Shown here piece after piece: positions 28,741 through 44,867 of a stretch of DNA of 64,000 bases. The stretch spans positions 111,600,001-111,664,000 of the forward strand of contig OX597823.1 in assembly GCA_951406725.2 (NCBI GenBank). The letters run 5' to 3'. The translations under genes and the position numbers were made by a program. Each line of letters begins with the position of its first letter. Positions within the stretch are counted from its first letter, which is position 1. This DNA comes from Octopus vulgaris (taxonomy: Eukaryota). The notes beneath the pieces were generated by a model. That model saw only the letters and a list, made by a program, of their open reading frames with translations, did no database searches and had not been told where the DNA came from.

Positions 28741-29481
28741 ATACACACACACACACACATATATATATATGCACACATACATATTCATACATATACAAAT
28801 AGATATTTAGGTACGTACATACAAACATTCAAACATACACAAATACATGGATACAGACACATGTCCTTATGTACACACACATACAGGTTGTACATACACA
28901 TAAATATACATACCGTCTACTTGATTCTTTTTAAATATATTGTATATATAAATTTTATACATTGCTATTTTATTTTTTTTAAAATTATTTTCTTTTTATT
29001 TTGTTTTACCTTAAGTATCTAATCCTTTCAGATTTGTCTTTGAGGGATGAAGAAGAAAGTAAGGAACCGAAGAAAACAAATAAATGCAAAAAGAGAAAGG
29101 GGAGTAGTAGGAGAGGAATGGAAGAACTAAAATGAAACGGAGAGTTTAAAAGAAAGCAAGAAAAGGAAGCAAAAAAAAAAACAAACAGAAAATGAATAAA
29201 AAGATGATTGAAATAAAACACTCGAAAGATGTCAGAGAAAAAAAAAAAACAACTTATTTTTATGATTTTTTAAAAAAATTCAACAAAAAGGGATTTTATT
29301 TGCTTTCTATTTTATATTTTCAACAGCCATTTATATTGTTATTATTCATTGTCAGCTTAAGTGATACAGATTTAAACATTCTTAACTTTTCAAATGGACC
29401 TAACAAGGTCGCAGATATTCTAATAGGGCTATATATATATATATACGTACAGGAGCATGTATGTTTGTACACATATATCTA

Positions 29482-29555
<74 letters not shown>

Positions 29556-29597
29556 TATCTACATATATATCTATACATATATATACATATATATGTG

Positions 29598-29651
<54 letters not shown>

Positions 29652-29859
29652 TGTGCGTACATACATACATGTATACACATATATGTATATATATGTATAT
29701 ATACATACACACTAAGCAACAATGTAAATAAAAATATACATATTTTTAAATGTTTATATATAAATACAAATATGTATATACAAATACGTGCATGTGTATG
29801 TGAATGTGTGTATGCGTGTGTGTGCGTGTGTGTGTGTGTTTTGTATGCTTATCCTTTTA

Positions 29860-30845
<986 letters not shown>

Positions 30846-31345
30846 CTAAAAATGGTCTGTTAGTGCCAGTATTGTTTCCAAGTGAGAGCTTTAGTGTCAC
30901 AATGGCTAACTTTCAGAACCACCAGACATTTTAAGCTGCTTTATTCAAAAATAGAATTGTGACAAAATAAAAAAAATAAAAAAATAAGTAAATAAATATT
31001 ATAAAGAAAACAATGAAGTAACTATATAAAAATAATTAGTCACATCAAAGGATTACTTACCTCATTAAGAAACTGACAGATCTTTAGATGTTCTATTCAA
31101 ATCTTAAAATCTCAACAGGCAGCTAACTCACAAATGACACAGACATAAACTCATGTGAACACTCACACACATACTCACACTCCACAGCAGTGATATATGT
31201 GTGTGTATGTACACACACACACACACATGTGTACACATATATATATATATATACATATAAATACACACCTATGTACATGCATACATACATGAATGTATAT
31301 ATGTACTTATATGTGTGTGTATGAGTGTGTATGTGTGTATACATA

Positions 31346-32214
31346 CAGAATGCGTTGGGTAAATTGTCATCATTTTATATTTTTAATTTTGTGCATGTAC
31401 ATTGTTTGTTTTTGATTTTGTCAACTACACAGTATAGTAGGGTCAGCCGGGCACTGTCAGTGTGAAAAACAGCTCCATGACACAATTCACTCTGCCAGAA
31501 ATTTGGAAAGGACATGCTGGACTGCTTGGTATTCACACCAGAAACTCCAATACAGACATTTCAGAGTGTTTGGATGTCAATCTGAGGACATGTACAGGGA
31601 GTGATAAAAATCAAACATCCAGTTAACATTACGGTGTTTGGAGTGATGACTAGTGACGGCAAGGTTATGCCTCCATTCGTCTTCACACACAACCTCAGAC
31701 TCTACATAGATGCCTACATCAAGTACCTGGAGGAGGTTGTGCTGCCCTGAGTCAAGAGGGTGGCTGCTGGAAGACCCTGTGTCTGGCAACAGGACCCTGC
31801 ACCATGCCACACAAGCAGGAAAACCCAGTCATGGCTGTCACCATTTCTGTGACCACATTACCCCTAACATCTGGCCACCTAACTCCCAAGGCAGCAACCC
31901 CCTTGATTATTATGTGTGGAGCCCAGTTGAGCAAGAGACCAACAAAACTCCTTGTAACACCAAAGACGAGCTGAAGGCAAGGATTATGGCAGCATTCACG
32001 AACTGAAGCAAAGAGACCGTCCAGAAGAGTTACAGGAGATTCCAAAGTTGTCTAGAGGCCGTGGTTGAAGCCAATGACGATTTTATTGAATAAATTTACT
32101 CTTTACTATTTCAAGACATTTTTATGTAATTTTGGTAAATAAATCTGTTAAAATGAGATGTTTCTTATTTTCATTTTTGCATAATTTAGACAACGATATA
32201 TTCACCACACCCTG
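31346..32214 (+). mobile_element. internally deleted Tc1/mariner (maT/DD37D-like) transposon
   Basis: TA|CAG...CTG|TA ends with imperfect TIRs. Encodes VFGVMTSDGKVMPP, WQQDPAPCHTS and WPPNSQGSNPLDYYVW. Confidence 0.88.
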
Positions 32215-32461
32215 TATACACACATATACATATATACATACTTACACATATATATGCATGCAAATATATATAATGTGGCCAACAATGGTTTTGCAGTTTC
32301 ACATTTTAAGCTATATTTATTCCCACATACAATAAGAAAATAAGAAATATTTTTGAAAAGATATGCATTTTAATAACTTGTGAGACTGACAAATGAATAA
32401 ATCGTCTTAAGGTGTGGTAAGTTAATACCTCATAACTGTGATATTTAAAATTACTAGATAA

Positions 32462-32662
32462 GATTCTGAGCTGGCAGAAATGGTAGCACACCAGATGAAA
32501 TGCTTAGCAGTATTTCGTCTGTCTTTATGTTCTGAGTTGAAATTCCACCAAGGTCGACTTTGCTGTTCATCCTTTTGGGGTTGATAAATTGCGTACTGGG
32601 GTCGATCTAATCGACTGGTCTCCTCCCCCAAAATTTCGGGCTTTGTGCCTAGAGTAGGAAAG
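32462..32662 (+). mobile_element. SINE family B variant, 13-bp TSD
   Basis: ATTTAAAATTACT at 32443-32455 and 32663-32675. Confidence 0.88.
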
Positions 32663-33244
32663 ATTTAAAATTACTTGGTAAAAAATATACAAACTGTATG
32701 AATTTAAGAGGAACTCACCAAAATTACTAGTGATGAAATTTCAAAGATTTTATCTTCATGCATCCTGCATTAAACAATTAAAAAAAGGCTACAAAATTGA
32801 CTGACTAAAGCTGGATATTAAAAAAAAATAATTTCAGAACATAGTATTAAATGAAAAATCCATGGAATATTTAAACCCTATTAAATTGGATGTAAAATAA
32901 CGTGACCCATACTCAGAAGAGAAGAAGTCCTCAACAACTGCCAAAAGAAAAAACTTATTTTAAACACCAGAACATGGAAATTTGAAAAAGATGCTTTTGT
33001 AGTATTTTTCTCTATTTAAAGCAGGATCCATGATGATAAAACTTTTCTTTAAAACTTTTTTCTTCCTGTTTATGTAGAGGTTATATACTTCAACTGGGTT
33101 GGGTTCTATAGAAGTGACTTTTGTTACATACATCATTTTTCTAATGGCAGGAATTGACTAATAGACACGTATTATAATTCTGGCATGAACCTGTGACTTT
33201 GGTCTTATTGAAGGATTATTATTATGATATACCTATTCACAATC

Positions 33245-33516
33245 TTTGCACAGGTGACACGTGAAAAAAAAAACACGATTTTTTCATGGCCGTTGCCAGT
33301 ACCACCTAACTGACCCTCATGCCGGTGGCACATAAAAGCACCCACTACACTCTTGGAGTGGTTGGCATTAGGAAGGGCATCCAGCTGTAGAAACTCTGCC
33401 AGATCAAGATTGGAGCCTGGTGCAGCCATCTGGTTTGTCAGTCCTCAGTCAAATCGTCCAACCCATGCTAGCATGGAAAGCGGACGTTAAATGATGATGA
33501 TGATGATGATGACGAT
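33245..33516 (+). mobile_element. SINE family C
   Basis: Same body and (GAT)n tail as the copy at 18040. Confidence 0.88.
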
Positions 33517-34137
33517 AATGGACAAAAGTGAAATATCTATAAGTGTTAAGTAGCTTCTTATTATATTATATTTAATACTAATTGAAGTGTGGGATATGAA
33601 GATAATTTCCTCCATGAAGCTGCAAGCTAGCAAAGCTTTATTGCAAGGAAGATCCTTATCAAACATTGTTTTATTCAAAGAAAGTTTTGTGGACATTCTG
33701 CTGATAATACAGAAGAGGTTTTTAAACACTACAGGGCCAACTATTAAATCTCAGTTCATAGAAAAAGATTTTAAAGATTTACTAGTTTTACTTGTAAAGG
33801 AGTGTTATTGCTCACCTTAGATTTTTTTAAGAACTAGTAATATCATCATCAAAATTAAGGATTCATTTTTCAGTTTTGTTGAGGATAGGCTTACCTTTGT
33901 TTATTACCCACAGGTCCCAGAGATCTGTCTCATCCATGGGCAATGGAGAAGAACCTTGTGGAAACAAAACGGGATGACAGGAAGAAGAAACTGATTAAGG
34001 TCAGAGTAAAGGTAGAGAGAATGTATGATAGGTAGGTATTTGATGATTGCAGGTAAGAAGATTGAAAAGAAGCAGCAAGACCAGCATGGTGGAGAAGAAA
34101 GTGTGAGTAGAGAGAATGCTGGAGGAGGGATAGTGAA

Positions 34138-34469
34138 GAGAGAGAGAGAGAGTGTAAGAGTGAGAGTGTAAGAGTGAGAGAGAGAGAGTGAGAGTGTAAG
34201 AGAGAGAGTGCAAGAGAGAGAGAAAGAGAGTGAGAGTGCAAGAGAGAGAGAGAGAGAGTGAGAGTGTAAGAGTGAGAGTGTAAGAGAGAGAGAGAGTGTG
34301 TAAGAGTGAGAGTGTAAGAGAGAGAGAGTGAGAGTGTAAGAGTGAGAGTGTAAGAGAGAGAGAGAGAGAGAGTGAGAGTGTAAGAGTGAGAGTGTAAGAG
34401 AGAGTGAGAGTGTAAGAGAGAGTGAGAGTGTAAGAGAGAGAGAGAGTGAGAGTGTTAGAGTGAGAGTGT

Positions 34470-34520
<51 letters not shown>
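34138..34520. repeat. (GA)n / GAGTGTAA compound repeat
   Basis: Directly visible. Confidence 0.95.
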
Positions 34521-34525
<5 letters not shown>

Positions 34526-35029
34526 ATGAGCATTGTATAGCAATGAAAATGGGTGGTGGTAGGTGATAGACGTCAATAAGGAGTGAAAAGAGAAAGTGGT
34601 GGAAGAAGGAGAAAATGTCAGTTGGCAATAAAGAGGTGGAAATAGAACAAAGAGGTATCCAATGTGATGTCATCTTTTTTAATGCAAATGCCATAATGGG
34701 AGATAGAGTGGTGTGATATTAGGGCAATGCTTTGATAAGAGAGGTGAGTGATAGATGAGAGAGTAATAAGGAGAGGAAGGCGAGGAGAGCAAAAAATGAA
34801 GATAATGGTCAGGAGATACACACATAAAGTTATTACATCTCAGTCTCCATTACCATTATCTTTTCCATTTCCCAAGCCTGCATGTGTCAAGCAGGTCTGC
34901 TCTAAGATAGCCATATGCCAAACAGAACCTCTTCATCTTGGTTATGAGTATTTTAGGTAGTCACCAGCATGTTTTAATTTCAAATTTGAGTAAAACAATT
35001 TAGAATTTACTTTTTAAATACTTTTTAAG

Positions 35030-35270
35030 GTTAAGGAGATAGACAAAGGACATGTTGTACCTACCAACATATCCTTTGTCTATCTCCTTAACTTCTTGGA
35101 GATTTTAGGGATAAATATACTATTGTGTCCATCTGTTCTAATTTAATTAAATTCAATGTCTTTGTGCAGCTGAAGATTGCTCTACATTTTAAATTGATGT
35201 AATGATTGTATTGTTCAATTAAATGGAGTTGCATGAAACGATCGTACTGCATTACCTCTGGATATCCTTA
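35030..35270 (+). mobile_element. PLE-like short insert: 5' hairpin plus HHR, ending at (TA)n
   Basis: ~28-bp inverted arms at 35030-35092, then the HHR. Homologous to 59932-60115 on the opposite strand. Confidence 0.65.
35165..35251 (+). ncRNA. type I hammerhead ribozyme motif, core intact
   Basis: TGCAG-CTGAAGA-TTGC...GCAT-GAAA-CGATCG-TA-CTGCA. Stem I has 5 bp, stem III is the palindrome ACGATCGT, and the triplet is GUA. Confidence 0.85.
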
Positions 35271-35887
35271 TATATATATTCATGTATATATACTGTTACT
35301 ATATAGATATATATATACAGACACACATTTATATATATATATATATATATTTACATATATATACATATATATACATATGCATAGATACATACACATATAT
35401 ATTATATATACATATATACCATTGTGTGTGTGTGTGTGGGGGATGAAAGCTATGTTATAAATATATTCAGTGTATATAAGGACACAAGCATGTAGGATAT
35501 TAACATAGCTGTGTCATTGAAATTAGACATACAGGGGATGTTATGCATAAAGCCGACAAATGCTTGTGCATGCTTCTTTCTATGATTACAAAGAGGCCGG
35601 CGTTAGTATACATGTGCATGTATGCTGCACACATGCATGCGTGTGTGTGTGTGTGTATGCATGTAAATGTAAATATATTCATAAATATTTATATATGCAT
35701 ATATATATATAAACATATATATATATATAAATATCTATGTATATACATGTATATATATGTGTATATATGTATATAAATATATATATATACATATACATAT
35801 ATATATATATGTATATATATACATATATATAGATACATATATAAATATACATACATATATATATATGTATATATATATATGTGTCTG

Positions 35888-35935
<48 letters not shown>

Positions 35936-36299
35936 TACATATATAAATATACATACAGATACATATATATATGTATATATGTGTCTGTATATATATATGC
36001 ATATATATATATATGCATATATATATATATATGCATATATATATATAGATACATATATAAATATACATACATATACATCTATATATGTATATATATGTGT
36101 CTGTATATATATACATATATATATATATATATTTTTTATATGTATCTATATATTCACAGTTATGTTTTTATATCTATATCATATTGGTTTATATATATAT
36201 ATATTGTGATTACATGCAATGTGTTGTCGACTGCAAATACTTGCATGTAACCTAATATACAGTAATACATATAAATTGCCCCTGCTATTATTGTTTTTG

Positions 36300-36795
36300 G
36301 TAATGTTGTTGCTATTGTTGTCGTTATAGCCGGAGCTGATAGGATTGTTGTTGTTGTCGTTGTTGTCGTCGCTGGAATACTATTAATTTCTGAGGTGGCA
36401 CAGATGTTGCCCAGCTTGGTTTTTTTTTTGTTGTTGTTGCTGATGTTCCTGTAGTAAATATTCCGGTTGTTGTTCTTGTTATTGCGTTGTTGTTATTGTT
36501 GTTGTTGTTGCTGTTTTTGAGCTGCAACTGTTGCTGTTGTTATTGTTGTTGTTGTTGTTGTTCCTACTAATGCTGTTTCGGTGATTTTGCTACTCTTATA
36601 ATATAGTAACTTATTTGGTGCTGCAGCTGTTGATGTTGTTTATGTTGTTGTTGTTGTTGATGTTATTGTTTCTGATGGTGAGGCTAATGCTGTTTTTATT
36701 GTTGTTGTTTTTTGTAGTTATTTATTGTGGATGATTATATTCTCTGTGACGAAGAATCTAGTAATACCGATGATAGCAGCAGCGAGGATGAAGAC

Positions 36796-36829
<34 letters not shown>

Positions 36830-37423
36830 GTGATGATGATGGTGATGATGGTGATGAAGATGATGATGATGAAGATGATGATGATGATGATGATGATGGT
36901 GATGATGATGGTGATGATGGTGATGATGATGACGATGATAATGACGATGATGATGATGATGATGATGATGATGACGATGATAATGACGATGATGATGATG
37001 ACGATGAGGATGATGATGATGACGATGACGATGATGAGGATGATGACGATGATGATGATGATGACGATGATGATGATGAGGAGGAGGAGGAGAAGGAGGA
37101 GGATGATGAGGATGATGGTGGTGGTGGTGTTAGTAGTTGTGCTGATGGCAGTAATGGTGGTTGTGATGCTAGCAATAATGACAGTGGTGGTGGTGGTGGT
37201 GGTTGTGGTGATGCTGAGAAGGATGTTGTTTTGTTATTGTTTTTGTTGTTGTTGTTGTTGCTGCTGCTGCTGCTGCTGATGATGATAATGATGATGTGGA
37301 GAATGGTGGCGTTGGTGGGGTGGAGGGAGATGACTGCGATAGAGGTGACAGTGACGATGAGGGTAACAGTAGTGGTGGAGGCTTGGGGTGATGATATTAG
37401 TGATGATGATGAAGATGATGATG

Positions 37424-37455
<32 letters not shown>

Positions 37456-37536
37456 GACGATGGTGATGATGATGATGATGAAGACGATGATGATGATGAT
37501 GATGATGATGATGAAGATGATGATGATGATGATGAA

Positions 37537-37590
<54 letters not shown>

Positions 37591-37596
37591 GATGAA

Positions 37597-37642
<46 letters not shown>

Positions 37643-38150
37643 TATCATACTCTTAGATTTTGTTTTTTGTTTTTTTAACCATTACATAGCTTATGTTTTT
37701 GTTGATAATGTTTTATGTCGTTACTGCATTTGTTATTGTTTTATTATTGTTGTCATTTCCTGATTATTCCCTTTTGCCGTTGTTTGTTTTTAATTTTGTT
37801 GTAGTCATTGTTCGCTGTAGTTGACATTACGCTGCCTCCTGTTTCTCATTGCTACATTTGTTATTGTCGTTGTCGTTGTCGTTGTTGTTGTCGTTGTTGT
37901 TGATGTTGTTATTGTTGCTTTGCAGTGTTCAATATACTATGATATATTGTGGCTTCGCTTCGTCTTCCCACTGTTGTTGTTGTTGTTATTATTATATCCA
38001 GTATTAAGTTTCTGGAAGTCAATTTTCTTTGTTATTGTTCATATTGCTAATGTGTTTGTTGCTGCAGTTGTTGTTGCTGTTGTTGTTGTTGTTGTCGTGG
38101 TTGTTTTTGTCATCAATACACTATGATATATTGTTATTGACTGCAATGTC
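36300..38150. repeat. (GTT)/(GAT)/(GGT) trinucleotide arrays
   Basis: Directly visible. They are the source of the 309-aa poly-D ORF. Confidence 0.95.
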
Positions 38151-38275
38151 TGTTGTTGCTTCCGTTTTACTTATTGTTATGGGTCTTTATTAGTTTTATT
38201 ATTGTTTATATACCTATGTATATATGTATAAACATACATACACACACATAAATTTGTATGTACTTGTATGTATGC

Positions 38276-38308
<33 letters not shown>

Positions 38309-38681
38309 CGTATATGTATATATGTATATATATGTATTTAATATATATATGTATATTTGTGTATATAAATATAAATATATCTATATATATATATACATGC
38401 ATATGCACACACACATATATGTACATATATTTGTGTGATGTGTGTCTGTGGGCATGCATGTAAAGGGTGGCAAGTTTGTGTGGGGGTGAGACAGGCTTGG
38501 CTGTGTGGTTAACAAGCTTTCTTCCCAACAATGTGGCCACAGGTTCAGTTCCAAGGTATAGCTCCTTCAGCAAGTTTCTTCTACTATTTTCCTGGACCGA
38601 CCAAAGTGTTGCAAACAGATTTTGTTGACAGAAACTACAAGAAGCTCATTATTTTAAGAGTGTATGTATGTATGCATGTAA

Positions 38682-38727
<46 letters not shown>

Positions 38728-38929
38728 GTACATGCCGATTTATAGTGGCTTATGTTTCAGCTTATTTTAGAACATTTATAGTGGCTTATGTTTCAGCTTA
38801 TTTTAGAACATGGTTGAGTCCATAAAATAGGATTTGACTACACCTCCATTTAGAGCACAGTTTAAGCTATCTTTTCGTGGGAGAAGGTTTATGTTCCTAT
38901 AACCTGTGTTAATTCTGTAACCCTTTAAA

Positions 38930-39327
38930 ATGGAAGATAAGAAAGTTCGTTTTCGGCACTTGATGCTTTTTCTTTATCTGTAAAGGGAAAAATGCCTCAC
39001 AAACAACCAAAGAATTATGTGCAGTTTACAGTGATATTTCTTTATCCGAAAGAACTGTATGGAAGTGGTTCGAAAGGTTCCGAGCTGGAGATTGTAGCCT
39101 TATTGATAAAGGTCGATCAAGCAGACCATCCACTACAGATGATGACCAGATCAAGTCATTAATTGTGAATAACCCACATTGCACAACCTGAGAATTGGCA
39201 GAAAGCCTCAACCTATCAAAATCCGTCGTTCATGAGCACCTGGTGAAGTTTGGGTACACAAATCGTTATGATGTTTGGGTACCACATGAATTGAGTGAGA
39301 AGAACCTTTTGGATCACATTTCCATCT
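38930..39327 (+). mobile_element. mariner transposase N-terminal half (pseudogene)
   Basis: MEDKKVRFRHLMLF...SERTVWKWFERFRAGD...GRSSRP...LAESLNLSKSVVHEHL...DVWVPHELSEKN. WVPHEL is the mariner motif. Frameshift and stop present. Confidence 0.9.
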
Positions 39328-39845
39328 GTGTGTGTGTGTGTGTGTACATGTTTGTGTTTGTCATCCCCTGCTTGACAACCTGTGCTGGTTTGTTTACTTT
39401 CCCAAAGCTTAATAATTTTGGCAAACAGTACCTTTTTAGAATATGCATTAAGCTTAAAGGTAAGTGTTGTGCATAATATGCCTGACTGATTCCTTCAAGG
39501 TAATGTCACGGTTTGACTACCTGTAAAATTTGTGGCTTCATGTATCTTATAAATCATGATTCTTACAAAAAAGGCTTCAATATATATTCTAGGCTCCAAT
39601 CTTATCAGGGTAGATTTTTCCCTTCAGCTATCAGAAGTTTTTTGGGTTTTTTTTTTTTTTTTTGGTTCAACACAGGTCAACCCTTATCAAACAAATTTAG
39701 GGTCGAAAGCATTATAACGATGACACTCCTCATTTGCTTGGAGGAATGCAATACTCCTGCATTCATACATTCATCATGTAGAATTCTCTGGTGAAGCATT
39801 TTCCCTCAACCTTTTAGTTTTAGTTATATATATATATATAAATAT

Positions 39846-40309
39846 ATATGAATTAGAGATAGAACCACTATTATGCAACTCAAACAGTGATAGGCATAAA
39901 CCAAGGCGCGGGCATGGCTGTGTGGTTAGGGAGCTTGCTTCCTAGCTACATGGTTTCGGGTTCAGTCCCACTGCGTGGCACTTTGTGTAGGTGTCTTCCA
40001 CTATAGCCCCGAGCCGACCGGAGCTTTGTGATTGAATTCGGTAGGTGGAAGTTACTGCCGTGTGTATATGTGTGCGTATAGCTGCTCAGTGCCTCTCCGA
40101 AAGAGAGAGAGGGAAAAAAAAAATTATTATAATTATAATTTTTTTTTTAAATATATAACTTATAACTAGATCTCAAAAAGAATAAAATGAATGATAAATA
40201 TATAATATATTACTTATTATATTACTTATTATATTATATATTTATCATTCATTTTATGCTTTTTGAGATCTAGTTATAAGTTATATATTTTTAAAAAAAA
40301 TTATAATTA

Positions 40310-40351
<42 letters not shown>

Positions 40352-40521
40352 TTATTTGTTATTTATGTTTTGGCTTATGTCTATCACTGTTTGAGTTGCA
40401 TGATAGTGGTTTTATCTCTAATTCATATTTCATATATCTATACTGTGAAATTTAATTTAATACTAAATTGAATTTTTCCCTGTAAGTTTGGAGCTATATT
40501 CCCTAATATTATTTTATATAT
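39846..40521. mobile_element. nested inverted-repeat insert with a one-sided tail in (TA)n (PLE-like); a SINE A head sits at 39905-40113 within the left arm
   Basis: Outer arms ~39847-39904 and 40370-40428; inner arms ~40122-40210 and 40231-40316. Confidence 0.6.
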
Positions 40522-40709
40522 AGACACAGGAGTGGCTGTATGGTAAGTAGCTTGCTTATCAACCACATGGTTCCAGGTTCATTCCTACTGCGTGGCACCT
40601 TGGGCAAGTGTCTTCTACTATAGCCTCAGGCTGACCAAATCCTTGTGAATGGATTTGGTAGATAGAAACTGAAAAAAGCCCATCGTATATATGTATGTGT
40701 GTGTGCGCA

Positions 40710-40754
<45 letters not shown>

Positions 40755-40980
40755 TGTGTCTGGGGAGAGTCATTCTCTTTTAGTTCCTTATTAATTTAAC
40801 ACACTCACTGGTCTGATTTCCACTCATTTACTTGCTATTTTTTACTAAAAATTTCATTGTGACATGCAATGAATAGGATTAGGAAAACAACACCAAAGAA
40901 AGGCAAACTCATCTAATCATTTAAATTATTTAAATTATTATAATGGTGATTCAAAGTAGGCAAATGTAGATGATAATGAA

Positions 40981-41070
40981 TGTCTTACAGCTGTTTCGGG
41001 GAGATGCCAGGTAATGGATCAATGTGTTGATGCACATTTCTGTATACTCAGTATTCTGTCATTGGAGACA
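40981..41070 (-). ncRNA. decayed type I hammerhead motif
   Basis: TGTCT-CCAATGA...GAAA-CAGCTG-TA-AGACA. Stem I and the palindromic stem III are perfect, but the core has two substitutions. Confidence 0.55.
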
Positions 41071-41827
41071 AGATATAAATGCAGGAAATTTCTATGTGGT
41101 GATGTAAATTTAAAATTTGATACAGAGCTCTTTCACACAAGCACACATACATACATATATACTTTTATACATAATATATACATTTATATATAAAATTTAC
41201 CTTCTAGTCATAAGGTAAGTCACAATCCATGGCCTTTCCTTTACAGAGCTTCCAAGACTCACAGGAGGGAGGAATATGTCTTCTTACAAGAAACTTGACT
41301 CAAATGCTTGCAATAGAGCAAACTTCTCTAAAAGGTGCTATGGTATCAAGTTGTGGCTGTAACCTGTGTAAGGGGGTTATATTCACCCACAAGTTGGCCA
41401 TGTCAGGAATTGAATTCAGGTATGCAGAGAGTTGGAATAAATATGAAATATTCTGTCCAATACTTTACTATATAAAATCATCAAACCTCAATTCAACATA
41501 CGCTTTTTCATGCTAGGATTAGTCAGACAGAATTTATCGGGGCAGACATTCTATATCCAAATGCTCCACTTGTTGCCAGCCCTCACCTGCGTTCAAGCAT
41601 CTCTTTTACTCTTTTACTCTTATACTTGTTTCAGTCATTTGACTGTGGCCATGCTGGAGCACCACCTTTAGCAAATTGACTCCAGGACTTATTTGTTGTA
41701 AGCCTAGTGCTTATTCTGTTGGTCTCTTTTGCCAAACCCCTAAATTTACAGGGACATAAACACACCAGCATCAGTAGTCAAGTGATGGTGGGGGGACAAT
41801 CACAGTCACACAAACATACACACTTAC

Positions 41828-42424
<597 letters not shown>

Positions 42425-42909
42425 TATATATATATAAATATATATACATATATATATATACGACTAGCTTCTTTCAGTTTCTACCAAATCCACTCACAAG
42501 GCTTTGGTCGGCCCAAGGCTTTGTGGAAGACACTTGCCCGAGGTGCCATGTAGTGGGACTGAACCTGGAACCATGTGGTTGTTAAGCAAGCTACTTAACC
42601 ACACAGCCACTCCTATATGTCATTCATACATACCGATGCCTCAAGCAAAGTACAGTTTCCTTTTATGTAATATATATGTATATCTATCTACACACACACA
42701 CACACACACATACATACCCTTTTATCCTTTACTCCACAGGGGTATCAGTGATCGTGGCCCTTCTTTATAGCCACACATGCACACACATAAATACAGGTTT
42801 GGTGGTTTGGGGAAGATATAAGTTAAAAAAGTACTATACCTGAAACTCTGGAATCTTGAGTTACCTACATAGCTTCACAGCTAAGGATGTGTGTGTTTGC
42901 ATGCATGCA

Positions 42910-42942
<33 letters not shown>

Positions 42943-43424
42943 GTGCACATAACACTAGCTTTCTATCTTTCTGCCAGTGACTTAATAATTCTTGTCTCTA
43001 TTTCCTATCCCTTCCTCTCTCTCCTCTCTCTCCTCTCTCTCTCTCTCTCTTTCCCCCTAATTCTTTCCAAACTCGCTCTTTTACTTTCACTTTCATTTTC
43101 CCTTACCTGTTTTTTCTTCACCTCTATCAGTATCCTCTCTACCATTCCCATCTGTCTCTAACTCATTACACATGCTCTCACCTCTCCCTCTTTCCAACTT
43201 TCTACACCACTCATCCCTTATCTCCATTATATACCCAGACTACCTGACATTATAAATAATACCCAAGATTGTTATATAAATGCAGAAATCATGCAAAAAT
43301 ATAAAGAATTCTCATTCCTTCATTTGTTTACTTCTTTTTATGATATTCTCATTCCATCTTGTTTCTCTTTTCCTCAACATCTTTTCATCCTTCTCATATA
43401 TTTTCCTTCTAATATTTCCATTCT

Positions 43425-43600
43425 TCTTTTTCTTCTTCTTCTTCTTCTTCTTCTTCTTCTTCTTCTTCTTCTTCTTCTTCTTCTTCTCCTTCTTCTTCTC
43501 CTTCTTCTTCTGCCTCCTCTTCTTCTTCATCTTCTTCTTCTTCTCCTTCTCCTCCCCCTCCTCCTCCTTCTCTTTCTTCTTCTTCTTCTTCTTATTTTTA
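43425..43600. repeat. (CTT)n polypyrimidine microsatellite
   Basis: Directly visible. Confidence 0.95.
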
Positions 43601-43982
43601 TTATTCTTGTCCTTCTCTCGCTAACCTCCCTCCTCATCCCACTCCTCTGCCCAATCCACATTACCACTGCCACCATTGCCATCCACCACCACCACCACCA
43701 CCACCGCCACCGCTACCACCACCATCATCATCAACAACAACAATGTTGGTATTTTGGCTATTGTTGTTGTTGTTGTTATTTGACAACTATTTTCACTTAG
43801 CTGATAATGGTCGATTATTTTTTTCCATGCCGTTCCTTCTTTTGTAATAATTCCATCTGCCTGTCCAAACTCTTTTCACACTTCCATCAATATACCCTGC
43901 TAAAACCTTCATCTGGACAAATTGTTGAGCAGGCATGTGTGTGCGAGTGAGTTTGTGTGTATGAATGAGTACACACGCATAT

Positions 43983-44041
<59 letters not shown>

Positions 44042-44043
44042 AA

Positions 44044-44090
<47 letters not shown>

Positions 44091-44117
44091 CATACATACA
44101 TACATATATATATACAC

Positions 44118-44161
<44 letters not shown>

Positions 44162-44565
44162 GTATATATATATATACATGTAATGTATGTGAATATTGTT
44201 TGCACATACATATACATATACATAAAAGCATATATATATATATATATATATATGCATATACATAGATTTATGTGTGTGTGTATACATACATACACATATG
44301 CAGGCATATGGTGTGCAGATGTATAACAGTGAGTGTGTGTGTGTGCGTGTGTGTGTAGTGAAAGAAAAGCTTTTGTTTTATTATGCTCTCAAGGAAATAT
44401 TTTACCAAATATTTTACTTCAATGAAAGCCATCTTAGAATGCCATTATGATTCCATTTCTTCCATCGTTTGTACCCCATAATTTGTTTGTTTATTTTAGA
44501 GTGCTTATTTGTATATTTCCCAACACTATGTAGATATACTTTTTGTTCATAAATGCTTGTGCAAA

Positions 44566-44606
<41 letters not shown>

Positions 44607-44668
44607 TGTAAATAGGGATAGAGAGAGAGAGATATTCATAAACATGTATATATGTGTGTGTATATGTA

Positions 44669-44699
<31 letters not shown>

Positions 44700-44867
44700 A
44701 GTGTGTCTGACAATGGTTCTTATTGTGGGAAGAACTCATCAAAATATTCGAAGTGTTTAGTTCAAAATCACAGCATAGTTTAATTGCTGAGATATAAATA
44801 TTGATTTCAATACTTATAAAAACTGCCACTTAAAACTTTGCAATAAATTGCAGTATATTAATATAAA

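Noticed and set aside
36727-37656. 309-aa acidic poly-Asp ORF
   Set aside because: It is a translation of (GAT)n/(GGT)n/(GTT)n arrays. Other frames and the opposite strand are also open, and there is no domain or splice support.
38738-38810. Short (~36-bp) direct tandem duplication (also ~63 bp at 7864-7985)
   Set aside because: These are ordinary local slippage duplications within transposon debris.
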